The notes beneath the pieces are model-generated. The model did not search any database. It had not been told where the DNA came from and was given only the letters and a program-made list of their open reading frames with translations. A stretch of DNA of 64,000 nucleotides from an uncultured virus (IMG/VR IMGVR_UViG_3300033463_000098) (Duplodnaviria; Heunggongvirae; Uroviricota; Caudoviricetes): IMG/VR virus record IMGVR_UViG_3300033463_000098. One strand, written 5' to 3'. Shown here piece by piece: positions 38,420-48,588 of the stretch (the first letter of the stretch is position 1; every line of letters starts with the position of its first letter). Position numbers and translations under genes: made by a program.

Positions 38420-40190
38420 ACGAATTTTGCGCGATGGCATACCAATTGAAAAAGGCGTTGTTTTAACAAAAGAATTTTTGGACACTAATCAATTACTATT
38501 TACTAACTATCTTAATTATTGGCTTTTATATCCAGACCTATTCTTAGATAGTATCCAAAGTTCAGAAGATGCAAAAAATTTCCATCTAATGCCTTTTCAG
38601 CGCATTGCTTTGCGCGCGAGTATGCGTTATCGCTATCATTTCTGGACTGCTACTCGTGCTACATCTAAATCTTTTACAGCCTATTTAAGTGCTTTTGTGC
38701 GGGCGACCCTATTACCAGGCTCCACCATCATGATTGCTTCTGATACGAAGGGAACTGTTATTCAGATTGCAAAAGCAAAATTTGAAGAAATTTTCCGCCA
38801 TTGGCCTTTATTACGCAATGAATTGGCTACGCGGCAAGATGATGGTAAGACTGGTCAGAAAGCTAGCGGCAACTACTACGAACTTTATCTTAAAAATGGC
38901 AGTATGATTTCTGTTGTTTCTAAAGATACTAGCCGTGGTTTGCGCGCGACTGCTGCAATTTTGGAGGAGGCCGCATTAATAGATGAAGTGCCTTACAATG
39001 AAGTATTGTGGCCGCAAATGAATATTGCGCGCAAAGAAGTTGACGGCTCTTTAAATCCCGAAGAACCGACCGCATCACAAATTTTCATTACTACCGCGGC
39101 GGCAAGAACTGTTTTTATGTATGGTAAGTTAATAGAATGTACAGTTAATGCGGTTTTGCGGCCCGATGAATATTTTTCTTGGGGCCTTAGTTATGAGATT
39201 CCACTACATTATGGCTTATTAGATAAAGCTACAATTTTAGACCAACGTTATTCATCCACTGTATCGGAAGAATCATTCGCGCGCGAATCACTATCAATTT
39301 GGAGTGGTAATAATAAAGAAGCGTGGTTTGATTCTAAACGATTAGCAAAGCGCAGAACTTTATTAAAATGTGAGAGAAAAGCACAGGAAAATTTTACTAA
39401 TCCAAACACATTTTATATAGTAAGTGCGGACGTAGCAAGATATGCTGCTAATACTGCGATTACAGTAATTAAAGTTTTACCTGGAAAAGATTCTTTTAAA
39501 AAGAATGTAGTTTATACAGAAGTTATTCATGGGGCTAACTACATAACAGAGCAAGCCCCTCGCTTGAAAAAGCTTATTCAACTTTTTGACCCGCGCGAAA
39601 TAGTTATTGACGGTAATGGCCCAGGAATTGGGTTACTTGATGCAATGGTTCTTCCATCTTATGACCAAAAAACAGGTGAGCAATTCCCAGCTTATTATAC
39701 TTTCAATAATGAGCACCATTTGCCGCCAGATAAAAAGAATGAAGTAGAAGAACCAATTAAAGAATTAAATGCTATAATTTATGACATTAAAGCTGGTTCA
39801 TCTAATGATGATTTAATCCATTCAAACTTTTTCTCACAAATAAATAATGGCACGGTGTCATTTCTTGCAAATGAGCGTATAGTAAAAGATAAACTTATGA
39901 AAACAAAGAGAGGGCAACGCATGTCTCTTTTTGATAGGCGAGTTTTCTTACTACCTTATGAAATGACTTCGCGTCTTATGGACGAAATTAATAATTTGAA
40001 ATTAAAACCTACTGGGGTACAAAATCAATTTAAAGTGGAACGTATTTCTACTTCTATTGAGAAAGACCGTTTTTCAAGCTTAGAATATGGATTGTATAGA
40101 GTAAAATATTATGAGGATAAAGCTTTAAAGAAAAAGAAAAAACGAGACTTTGGGCAATATGCTTTTTTCAGTCCTAAAAACAGGAGGTGA
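38412..40190 (+). CDS. terL: terminase large subunit
   Basis: LMPFQ, TRATSKS Walker A, RGLRA, ILEEA Walker B, SADVAR, VIDGNGPG, KDRFSS nuclease motifs. Confidence 0.88.
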   Translation: MDERILRDGIPIEKGVVLTKEFLDTNQLLFTNYLNYWLLYPDLFLDSIQSSEDAKNFHLMPFQRIALRASMRYRYHFWTATRATSKSFTAYLSAFVRATLLPGSTIMIASDTKGTVIQIAKAKFEEIFRHWPLLRNELATRQDDGKTGQKASGNYYELYLKNGSMISVVSKDTSRGLRATAAILEEAALIDEVPYNEVLWPQMNIARKEVDGSLNPEEPTASQIFITTAAARTVFMYGKLIECTVNAVLRPDEYFSWGLSYEIPLHYGLLDKATILDQRYSSTVSEESFARESLSIWSGNNKEAWFDSKRLAKRRTLLKCERKAQENFTNPNTFYIVSADVARYAANTAITVIKVLPGKDSFKKNVVYTEVIHGANYITEQAPRLKKLIQLFDPREIVIDGNGPGIGLLDAMVLPSYDQKTGEQFPAYYTFNNEHHLPPDKKNEVEEPIKELNAIIYDIKAGSSNDDLIHSNFFSQINNGTVSFLANERIVKDKLMKTKRGQRMSLFDRRVFLLPYEMTSRLMDEINNLKLKPTGVQNQFKVERISTSIEKDRFSSLEYGLYRVKYYEDKALKKKKKRDFGQYAFFSPKNRR

Positions 40191-41746
40191 ATAGCGTGAA
40201 AGAAAGACCAAAATATGACTTTTCGCAATTTAAAGTGCGATTAAAAGATCGTTCTTTAAAACGATTGCCTATTTCAGATCGTGTATATTCACGATGGGGA
40301 TATAAATCAAGTAATGCGGTACAAAGCCGCGATTTTGAAATAGATGAAATAGAGCAAATTATTCGTGAAGGCGATATAGAAACTTTGCGTGAATTATCTC
40401 GCTATTATTATAGGACAAATGGAGAATATCATAACAATATTGATTTTCTCGCGCGTTTATTTACATATGACAGTGTAGTAATACCGCTCTTTCAAGAGGG
40501 CAAGGGTTCAAAAACTCAAATTTTAAAAGCATTTTATAACGCTTGCGAATTTATAGATAATTTAGATTTGCCTAATGCTTTAATGCATATTACTACTGAA
40601 TGGCTAAAGACGGGTATATATAATGGGATATTAAGAAAAGATGGTAATAAAGCAGTAATACATGATTTACCATTAAGGTATTGCCGCACTCGTTATAAAG
40701 ATTATAACAATTTAAATATTTTAGAATTTAATCTTTCTTACTTTAATAGATTCCTAGATGAAGAAGAAAGAATAGCGATGGTAAAAACTTTCCCAAAAGA
40801 AGTTCAAGACGCTTATTTCTCCTTAAATGAGACGTTAAACTATTGGGTTGAATTACCAGCTGCTTCGGGTGGAATATGTTTTTGTTTCGCGGATGAACCT
40901 ATACCAATGTTAATTTCAAGTATTCCCGAATTAAAGCAGTTAAAAGATGCGGTAAAAAGAGAAGAAAAACGTGATGAAAACGAGTTGTTTAAATTACTTA
41001 TTCAACAGATGCCTATTACCAGCGATGGAGAATTGGTATTCCAATTAGATGAAGTTGCGGAAATACACGCTTCTGTTGCAGATATGCTTTCAGGCTCTGA
41101 TACCGTAGACATCCTTACTACATTTGGTGAAACAAAATTAGAAAGTTTACAACAAACTTCTGCCGCGGCACAATCTACTGATCGTATTGAAAAATATAAG
41201 AAAAACGCCTACGACGCATTAGGCCGTAGTTCTATAATTTTCAATGCGGATGGAAGTTCTACTCTTGCTTATTCTATTAAGAAGGATGAAGCAATTATGA
41301 AGGCATTTTTAAATGCTTATGAAACTTGGTTAAAATTTATTCTTAATGAAGAATTTGCTCGTCCTAATTTAACTTTTGATTTTGAAATACTGCCAATTAC
41401 TGTATTTAACCGCAAAGAATTACAACAATCATATTTTAGTGGCGCACAATATGGATATTCTAAAATGTATGCCGGTGTTGCAATGGGTGTAAAACAAAGG
41501 GATCAATTGAGTCTAATGAATTTTGAAAATGAATTCTTAGAAATGTCAAGTAAAATGGTGCCACTACAATCTTCTTATACTACATCAGGAACTGCTGTGG
41601 CTAATGAAGAAAAAAGTAAAACTACGACACAAACTACTACAAAATCTAATGAGAATAAGGACATAAATAATAAGGGAGGACGACCAGAACTTCCCGACGA
41701 AGAAAAATCTGAAAAAACACAGGCCAATATTGCGGCCGCAGGTTAA
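40187..41746 (+). CDS. portal protein
   Basis: 519 aa directly after TerL; C-terminal GGRP motif. Confidence 0.75.
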   Translation: MNSVKERPKYDFSQFKVRLKDRSLKRLPISDRVYSRWGYKSSNAVQSRDFEIDEIEQIIREGDIETLRELSRYYYRTNGEYHNNIDFLARLFTYDSVVIPLFQEGKGSKTQILKAFYNACEFIDNLDLPNALMHITTEWLKTGIYNGILRKDGNKAVIHDLPLRYCRTRYKDYNNLNILEFNLSYFNRFLDEEERIAMVKTFPKEVQDAYFSLNETLNYWVELPAASGGICFCFADEPIPMLISSIPELKQLKDAVKREEKRDENELFKLLIQQMPITSDGELVFQLDEVAEIHASVADMLSGSDTVDILTTFGETKLESLQQTSAAAQSTDRIEKYKKNAYDALGRSSIIFNADGSSTLAYSIKKDEAIMKAFLNAYETWLKFILNEEFARPNLTFDFEILPITVFNRKELQQSYFSGAQYGYSKMYAGVAMGVKQRDQLSLMNFENEFLEMSSKMVPLQSSYTTSGTAVANEEKSKTTTQTTTKSNENKDINNKGGRPELPDEEKSEKTQANIAAAG

Positions 41747-41751
41747 GGAGA

Positions 41752-43065
41752 ATGGCTATGGATAAACAAATTCCTATTTATTTTGATAGCGTCATAGTCT
41801 CTTCACCTTTAGAAAGAATTACTGAAAGTAATAAAAACTTGGGTCGCTTAAAAGTGCGCGTTTTCACTAAATATGGAAACCGCAATGGCTCTTATATTAC
41901 TGATGCTGTAGCAGAGCAACTTATTAAAAGTGCGACAAGAGGAGATACCCCAGTAATTGGATTTTTTGATCCACAGTCTCAGACTTGGGCATCTCATACT
42001 GGTCCTACATTAGCAAATGGCTATGGCTATGTAGAAAATTTTGAAGGATGGCAAACTTTCACTGATACAGATGGTGTTGCTAGAGATTATGCCGTATTTT
42101 CTGTAATTTTATTTACAAAATATTTTGAGGAAGCCCAAAAAGTATTAGGTCAAAATCAAAGTATGGAATTAGATATTAATTCTATTACTGGTGACTGGGC
42201 TAATATTGATGGCAATGAATATTATGTATATAAAACCGCGGAAATGCTTGGTTTCTGTATTATTGGAGACCATGAACCTTGTTTTTCTGTGTCTGCTTTC
42301 TTTTCAAAGAATGATGACACTTATAATACACAATATGATAAGTTCTCTTCACTTTTGTCTGACCTCAAGGCTCAAGTTGAAGAGGCACAAAATGTTCAAA
42401 AGGGAGGAGAACAACCAATGAATGAATTTGAAAATCAGGAAGTTGTAGAAGAAGTTGTTGAAGAGACTCCCGCAGTAGAAGAAGAAGTAAAAGTTGAAGA
42501 AACTGCTACTGATTTTGAAGCCGAAGCAGAAGTTGAAGCTGAAGTAAAAGAAGAAAATGAAGAAGCAGTAGAAGAAACTGAAACTGAAACCGAAACTGAA
42601 GTTGAGGAAGTTGTTGAAGAACCTTCTGAATATGACTTACTACAAGAGCGTTTTAATGCCCTACAGACTTCCTATGATGAATTAGAACAGCAACTAAATG
42701 ATGCGCAGACTCGTATTAATGATTTTGAACAGTCTCAAACTGCGCTAAATGCTGAAATTGAAAATTTACGTTCTCAAAATACACAATTACAAACTTCTCT
42801 TGAAGCTTATCAAGCACAGCAAGTAGAAGCTGAAAATATTCGTAAAAACGAATTAGTAGAAAAATATGAAAATCTTCTAACTGAAGAAGAAATTAACCCA
42901 ATTAAAGAAACAGTAAAAGACTTTTCATATGATGAATTGGAATCTAAGTTAGCGATTACATTTGCTAATAAAAAGATCACTGGCGCGGAATCTAAGAAAG
43001 TACCGCTACCAGAACCTGAAGAATCTCAATTCGCTTTACTCATGAAAAGGTATCGTAAAAATTAA
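41752..43065 (+). CDS. prohead protease / scaffold protein
   Basis: NRNGSYI, QSMEL, GFCIIG...EPCF protease-like N-terminus; Glu-rich coiled-coil C-terminus. Confidence 0.72.
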   Translation: MAMDKQIPIYFDSVIVSSPLERITESNKNLGRLKVRVFTKYGNRNGSYITDAVAEQLIKSATRGDTPVIGFFDPQSQTWASHTGPTLANGYGYVENFEGWQTFTDTDGVARDYAVFSVILFTKYFEEAQKVLGQNQSMELDINSITGDWANIDGNEYYVYKTAEMLGFCIIGDHEPCFSVSAFFSKNDDTYNTQYDKFSSLLSDLKAQVEEAQNVQKGGEQPMNEFENQEVVEEVVEETPAVEEEVKVEETATDFEAEAEVEAEVKEENEEAVEETETETETEVEEVVEEPSEYDLLQERFNALQTSYDELEQQLNDAQTRINDFEQSQTALNAEIENLRSQNTQLQTSLEAYQAQQVEAENIRKNELVEKYENLLTEEEINPIKETVKDFSYDELESKLAITFANKKITGAESKKVPLPEPEESQFALLMKRYRKN

Positions 43066-43079
43066 GGAGGGAAATAATT

Positions 43080-43697
43080 ATGGCTCTAAAAAGATTTCCA
43101 CTAACAAGTGCTAATAGCCTATCTAGCAAGTATCGCCCAGGCGAGAAGCTATATGCAACCCTAGAGCTAAATCAGGTTGCTTTCCCAAAGACTGGTATGG
43201 TAGTTTCTCAGACTCCTCTATCTGACGATTTTACTCTAGCCGCTCCTTGCGAGAATGGTATGTGGGTAGTCGCCGATAAGGCTGCTGGCGTTATCGCCGC
43301 TCCTGCTGCTGCTACTGATAAGCCTATTGGTATTGTTTATACTACTGAAAAAGAATATGATATGTATCATTATGGTCTACAGACTTTTGGTCGCAAGATC
43401 GCTGGTGACTATCCTCGTGTTGGTCTACTAGGTATTGGTGATACTGTTACTACAAATTGCCTACAGTACAATGAAAGTGAGTTCGCTAATGACGCTGCTC
43501 TATTCACTGCACTAGAGGACATTGCCACTACTCCTCTATATGTTATTCCTGGTGTAGCTGGCGCGACTGCCGTTGAAAAGGCTGTTCCACAAATTACTGC
43601 TAGTAAACCTGGTTCTGGTATTTATGCTAAAGTCGTTAAGTTCTACACTGTACCTAATGGCGAAAAGGGCGTTAAGTATCAGATCATTAGTCTATAA
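43080..43697 (+). CDS. capsid decoration / minor head protein
   Basis: between scaffold and MCP; CENGM motif; highly biased codons. Confidence 0.6.
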   Translation: MALKRFPLTSANSLSSKYRPGEKLYATLELNQVAFPKTGMVVSQTPLSDDFTLAAPCENGMWVVADKAAGVIAAPAAATDKPIGIVYTTEKEYDMYHYGLQTFGRKIAGDYPRVGLLGIGDTVTTNCLQYNESEFANDAALFTALEDIATTPLYVIPGVAGATAVEKAVPQITASKPGSGIYAKVVKFYTVPNGEKGVKYQIISL

Positions 43698-43712
43698 TAG
43701 GAGGTGCGAACT

Positions 43713-44810
43713 ATGAATAATCTACAGGTTTTAATGAATGGTGTTTTCGGCCGCAAGGTTCCTGCTGAGTTCGCCGCCGAAAATTATGACTATGAAGCTG
43801 CTCTACATGATGAGCTAGTAAAGCTTCTATGCGATGACAAGGGTCGTTTTGATCGTAAAAAGTATCGTCGCAATAAGATTGAATTATTTGAGCTACTAGA
43901 GCAAAATCTAGAAGAAGTTCTACCACAGAGCATTGCGAACGCACTTGATATGTTTACTGAAGTTATTCGCGTTCCACAGGGCTCTCGCTTAGAGTTCCGC
44001 GTAACTCGCGGCAAGCAGCGTGGTCGTCAGTTTGTTACTCGTGCTACCGAGTCTGGTAACTATGAAACCTTCCGTCTAGACCGTGATCGTTTTGATGTTT
44101 ATACTCAGGCAATCGGCGGCGCTGGATATGTTGATTTCGAGCGTTACCTAGATGGCGTTGAGAGTATGACTGATATTTATGATGTTATTCAGCAAGGCAT
44201 TATTGACCGTATTTTTGAAATGGTTCAGGAAACTCTACTAAATTCTTGGAATCTAGCTGGACGTCCTGCAAAGAATAAGGTCATTGCTTCTGGTTTCGAT
44301 CCAGCTGCTATGGTTAAGCTATGCAACGTAGTTGCTGCTTATGGTTCTCCAGTTATTTACTGCTCACCAGAGTTTGCTGCTGAGATGGTAAATGCTATTG
44401 TATATAATACTGCTGTTAAGATTTCTGATCAGGATATGATTGAAGTCCGCGAGCGTGGTTATATCGGTCGCTTCCGTGGCTTCCCAGTGGTTGTAATGCC
44501 ACAGTCCTATACTGACGAAACCAATGAGAAGTCAGTAATGAATCCTTCTTTCGCTTATGTAATTCCTGCTGGTAAGGAAAAGCTAATCAAGCTAGGCTTT
44601 GAGGGCTCTCCTTATTTCCGCGAGTGGGATGACCATGAGGGCGATAATTCTATCGTACTACAGGGCTATCTAAAGGTTGGCGTTGGCATGGTTGGTACTC
44701 CTAATTATTGGGGCATCTACTATAATGCTGGCATTGAAGCTGATGGCTGGAAGGATTATAATGATAGTCTAGATGCAAGCATTGCTAGTGCATATGCTGC
44801 TGCTCACTAA
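43713..44810 (+). CDS. major capsid protein
   Basis: about 365 aa, position in the head module, GGAGG RBS, GYIGRFRGFPVVVM, followed by a terminator. Confidence 0.8.
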   Translation: MNNLQVLMNGVFGRKVPAEFAAENYDYEAALHDELVKLLCDDKGRFDRKKYRRNKIELFELLEQNLEEVLPQSIANALDMFTEVIRVPQGSRLEFRVTRGKQRGRQFVTRATESGNYETFRLDRDRFDVYTQAIGGAGYVDFERYLDGVESMTDIYDVIQQGIIDRIFEMVQETLLNSWNLAGRPAKNKVIASGFDPAAMVKLCNVVAAYGSPVIYCSPEFAAEMVNAIVYNTAVKISDQDMIEVRERGYIGRFRGFPVVVMPQSYTDETNEKSVMNPSFAYVIPAGKEKLIKLGFEGSPYFREWDDHEGDNSIVLQGYLKVGVGMVGTPNYWGIYYNAGIEADGWKDYNDSLDASIASAYAAAH

Positions 44811-44832
44811 TTTAATATAAAAATCACTACAT

Positions 44833-44869
44833 GGGGTGGGTGAGAATCTCACCCGCCCTATTTTCTTTT
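44833..44869 (+). terminator. Rho-independent terminator
   Basis: GGGTGGGTGAGA-a-TCTCACCCGCCC then T tract. Confidence 0.75.
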
Positions 44870-44892
44870 TGAGTTAAAGGAGGAATAAAATT

Positions 44893-45342
44893 ATGTCAAA
44901 AATTACTTTAAAGAATATTAGTTCTGCTACTGTTGTTGTTGGTTCTCCAAATAGTAATGTTAAAACCCGCAGTTTAGCCCCAAACCGTGTTATCACTCTT
45001 ACACCAGAAGAGTATGAAGATTTGATGTATGAGCCTGGAGTTCAAAATATGATTCGCGGCGGATATATTAAATTTGATGGTGTGGCGGAAGATAGGGCGG
45101 TTATTGAGACACCTTCTAATGTATTAGAAAAAGATTCTATTATTAGAATGATTGATAATAGGGATATTACTTCTTTTGCTAAATATATTAAGGTTGCTCC
45201 ATCCGCGGCTAAAGATACAATTGTGCAATATGTAGTAGATAATAATATTACTGATAATGCTTTTACCGCTCTAATTAAGAAATATTGTGATATAGATGTT
45301 ATACAGGCTATTACTGTAAAACATCAAGCAGAGGAAAAATAA
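44893..45342 (+). CDS. head-module hypothetical protein
   Basis: AAGGAGG RBS, module position. Confidence 0.7.
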   Translation: MSKITLKNISSATVVVGSPNSNVKTRSLAPNRVITLTPEEYEDLMYEPGVQNMIRGGYIKFDGVAEDRAVIETPSNVLEKDSIIRMIDNRDITSFAKYIKVAPSAAKDTIVQYVVDNNITDNAFTALIKKYCDIDVIQAITVKHQAEEK

Positions 45343-45345
45343 AAA

Positions 45346-45834
45346 ATGGCTACGCCCTTTCTCAAAGTATATGATGCCTTTTTGGCGCGAATAACCGCGG
45401 ATGAATGGACTGTTGAGGAAGAACTCGCAATCGTAGAGCGGGATTGGCAAGAACTTCTTAACATGGCAATTTTTAGGTTTAAATATCCGCGTGTTAGTTT
45501 AGAAAAAGAGCAACTAGAATCTACGGGAGAAGAGAACCCGCATGAATTGAAGCAATATCAATTTGTTGAAGATTTAACTAATGATGAAATTCAACTGTTG
45601 GCTTTATATATGAAACATGAATGGGTTAAACGCTGTATTGCTAGTTGGGAAAATATAAGGCAACTATATGCTGATAAAGACTTTTCACAAGCAAATCATT
45701 TAGATAAATTAAATAAGTTAGAGGCGGCACTTCAAACAGAAGTGCGAAAAGCGGAGGGTATTTATGATCGTTCGCGCGAAAAGCGCCCAGCTTATTTATT
45801 TAAAAAATTAGCAGGTAAGAAAAATGCCTTATGA
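45346..45834 (+). CDS. putative head-tail adaptor
   Basis: MATPFLKVYDAFL...DFSQANHL; position. Confidence 0.55.
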   Translation: MATPFLKVYDAFLARITADEWTVEEELAIVERDWQELLNMAIFRFKYPRVSLEKEQLESTGEENPHELKQYQFVEDLTNDEIQLLALYMKHEWVKRCIASWENIRQLYADKDFSQANHLDKLNKLEAALQTEVRKAEGIYDRSREKRPAYLFKKLAGKKNAL

Positions 45835-46096
45835 TGTAACATTTGACGGCTATAAAAATAAATTAAAAGGCCGTCTTTATGGAGTGCTTTGTGAAAAGGA
45901 AAAGAATGGTGAATGGGAGAAGTTTCTTGATTCTATTATAATTGAATTAGAAGGCCTGGGGCCAAATTGTATTAATTATTGGCCTTTATTAGGAAAATTA
46001 AATTCATTGCGGCATTTGTCTTATGAATATTTTAGAAAGACAATTTTTGAATGTATGAATTTAGTTGGAAGCCTTGAATTGATGGATATAGAATGA
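45824..46096 (+). CDS. hypothetical protein
   Basis: overlapping operon ORF. Confidence 0.65.
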   Translation: MPYDVTFDGYKNKLKGRLYGVLCEKEKNGEWEKFLDSIIIELEGLGPNCINYWPLLGKLNSLRHLSYEYFRKTIFECMNLVGSLELMDIE

Positions 46097-47289
46097 GTTA
46101 TTTAGATGTATATTTTTCGCGTATTAATCATTTGGGTGAAACGACCGGAGAACGCATTAGAAATGGCGGTATTCGGTCTTTTGAAAAATGGTTAGCGGAA
46201 TCTCCACATACTATTAGAAATTTATCAGTTGAACGAGGAATTTATTTTGAAGGGATTGTTCTTACAAATAAGGATAAAGAACATGAAAAAATAATGTTCC
46301 TTAATGTTGCTAATAATATTCCTCTTTTAATTGGAGATATTATGAATTGGACGCTTGATGATGGTACTATTGAAAAATGGATACTCATTCAAGAAGAAAA
46401 GAAAGTAAATGGAACTTATAGAACATTTTGGATTGTTAGATGCAATTATTTAATGAAATGGATTGACTCTGAAGGTCATTTACAACAATCTTGGTCTTAT
46501 TTTGTTAGTTCATTAGATAGTAAAATTAAAGGTAACTTTAGAACTTGGAATTCACTTATTACACCACAGCCTAATAAATATGCGGAATTATTATTACCGC
46601 GTTATCCTATAGATGTTGCTACAAACTTTATAGTAGAAAAAGAATCATGGACTGTAGTTGAATATGACCATACTAGTGTGCCTGGAATTATATATCTTTC
46701 TTTAACTGAAGGCAAGGTTAATGCTTATTATGATGATATTGTAAATAGTATTGCTGATATTGATAAATTAGCTGATTATAATTTAGAAATACCATCATCA
46801 ATACAAATTTTCCATTTAAATGATGAAATTAATCCTATTTTTACATTAACAAAAAATGGTGAACCTAGCAATGAAGAGATAGAGTTAATAACTACTGATA
46901 AGGCAATAGTAAGGAAAATAAATGGTAAATTAATTGCAGTTGGAGAAGGAAATGTTACTATAATTATACAGTTAAAGGGGCATCCTGAAATTCAAAAAAC
47001 AATTGAAATACAAGTTGGAAATGAAGAACAAGAATTTTCAGCTTATATTGAAGGCCCTGATACTATTCGTTTAGATCGTGAACAACAATATGTATTAAAA
47101 GGCTTTGATACAATAAATAATGCTACTTTTGTATTATCTAATGAAACTTATGCTAAAATTATTTCTCAATATGAGAATACTTGTATTATTCATGCAAATG
47201 CTAATAATAAATTAGGAAGTGTAACATTAAAAGCTATTTATAATAATCAAGAATTTGAAAAAGAAATAAAAATTATTCCATTATGGTAG
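46093..47289 (+). CDS. putative head-closure protein with C-terminal Ig-like domains
   Basis: RCNYLMKW; beta-rich C-terminal G.V.I repeats. Confidence 0.55.
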   Translation: MSYLDVYFSRINHLGETTGERIRNGGIRSFEKWLAESPHTIRNLSVERGIYFEGIVLTNKDKEHEKIMFLNVANNIPLLIGDIMNWTLDDGTIEKWILIQEEKKVNGTYRTFWIVRCNYLMKWIDSEGHLQQSWSYFVSSLDSKIKGNFRTWNSLITPQPNKYAELLLPRYPIDVATNFIVEKESWTVVEYDHTSVPGIIYLSLTEGKVNAYYDDIVNSIADIDKLADYNLEIPSSIQIFHLNDEINPIFTLTKNGEPSNEEIELITTDKAIVRKINGKLIAVGEGNVTIIIQLKGHPEIQKTIEIQVGNEEQEFSAYIEGPDTIRLDREQQYVLKGFDTINNATFVLSNETYAKIISQYENTCIIHANANNKLGSVTLKAIYNNQEFEKEIKIIPLW

Positions 47290-47298
47290 GTGATTTAA

Positions 47299-47799
47299 AT
47301 GGCAAATATTGCTGGACAAAGACGCTTTGCTGTAATGGGCATGAACACTTTCCTAATTGCTAATAAATTAATGCAAAATCAACGCATTTGTCGTTTATTA
47401 AAATATAATGTTCGTGATCCATTTAATCCTGAGCGTCCTGATGTAGATGGTTTAGAATTAATACATAAACAAATTCTTATCGTTCCTAAAATTTATGATG
47501 ATTCGCGCGAAGAAATGTCATATGTTACTGCTATTTTTGATGATTTTGTAGTTAATCAAATTAATACAGATTTTAAAGTTTCTACGGTTCGTTTTGATAT
47601 TGCTTGTCCTTATGATAAGTGGATTTTAGAAGAGCAAACTTTAAGACCATATCTTATTATGGAGGAAATAGATAAGATGTTCAATCAAGGAAAACTTGCG
47701 GGAATTGGAAATTTGCAATTCTATCGCGCGGATAATCTTACATTATCCCCTTGGATTGGCGGTTATTCTATGAGATATAAAGTTAATGAATTTAACTGA
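47299..47799 (+). CDS. putative tail terminator/completion protein
   Basis: position; LRPYLIMEEIDKMFN...GIGNL. Confidence 0.5.
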   Translation: MANIAGQRRFAVMGMNTFLIANKLMQNQRICRLLKYNVRDPFNPERPDVDGLELIHKQILIVPKIYDDSREEMSYVTAIFDDFVVNQINTDFKVSTVRFDIACPYDKWILEEQTLRPYLIMEEIDKMFNQGKLAGIGNLQFYRADNLTLSPWIGGYSMRYKVNEFN

Positions 47800-48568
47800 T
47801 AATGAGACTTTAAAATTTTTATGTGGTGTACCTGTATTATTGGATGATATTTGCGCGATTTATCCTGTGACATTACGTCAAATTGTTGAATTAGGATATG
47901 ATAATTTTCAAAGATATTTAAGTATTTTACTTATAGAAAAAGAAGTAGATGCTGATAAACAAAAAGATAATGAATTGGCACAACTACTTACAGATTTAAC
48001 CGATTTCCAATATTTATTAATGTTTTCTGCTTTGGATAAAGAAGTTAACCGTGTTTTAAGAGAAGCTTTTAATTTTTTTACGCACGAAACAATTACTATT
48101 TCTTTGGATCCTGCACAAATCATTATAGGGCCAATTGAAGAAAAACACTTATTAACAGAAGAGAAATTTTATGATTTTCGGCGCATACTTAAAAAAATGT
48201 ATTTTATAGACCAAGATGTAGAAGAAATTGTAATTAATTCTGATGATTCTCCATCTGTTAAGAAATTAAAAATGCAAATGCGCGCAAATCGTGAAAAAGT
48301 TAAGCGTGCGAAAGCAAAACAAGCAGAGCGCGAAAAAAATGACTTACGTTTCTCTGATTTGATTGGCAGTGTAACTATTAATGATTGCGGATTAAATATA
48401 AATAATATATGGGATATTACATATTACGCTTTTCACGACCAGCTGAAAAGAATGGGATGGCGTGATCAGTTTAATATAAACAATCAAGCCGCTTTGGCTG
48501 GTGCTAAATTGAAAAAATCACAATTAAAGCATTGGATGCGTTCCATTGCGAGCTCTGACAAATCATGA
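47786..48568 (+). CDS. tail-module protein (possible assembly chaperone)
   Basis: IWDITYYAFHDQLKR motif; position. Confidence 0.5.
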   Translation: MNLTDNETLKFLCGVPVLLDDICAIYPVTLRQIVELGYDNFQRYLSILLIEKEVDADKQKDNELAQLLTDLTDFQYLLMFSALDKEVNRVLREAFNFFTHETITISLDPAQIIIGPIEEKHLLTEEKFYDFRRILKKMYFIDQDVEEIVINSDDSPSVKKLKMQMRANREKVKRAKAKQAEREKNDLRFSDLIGSVTINDCGLNINNIWDITYYAFHDQLKRMGWRDQFNINNQAALAGAKLKKSQLKHWMRSIASSDKS

Positions 48569-48588
48569 TTTTATAGGAGGTAACTCAC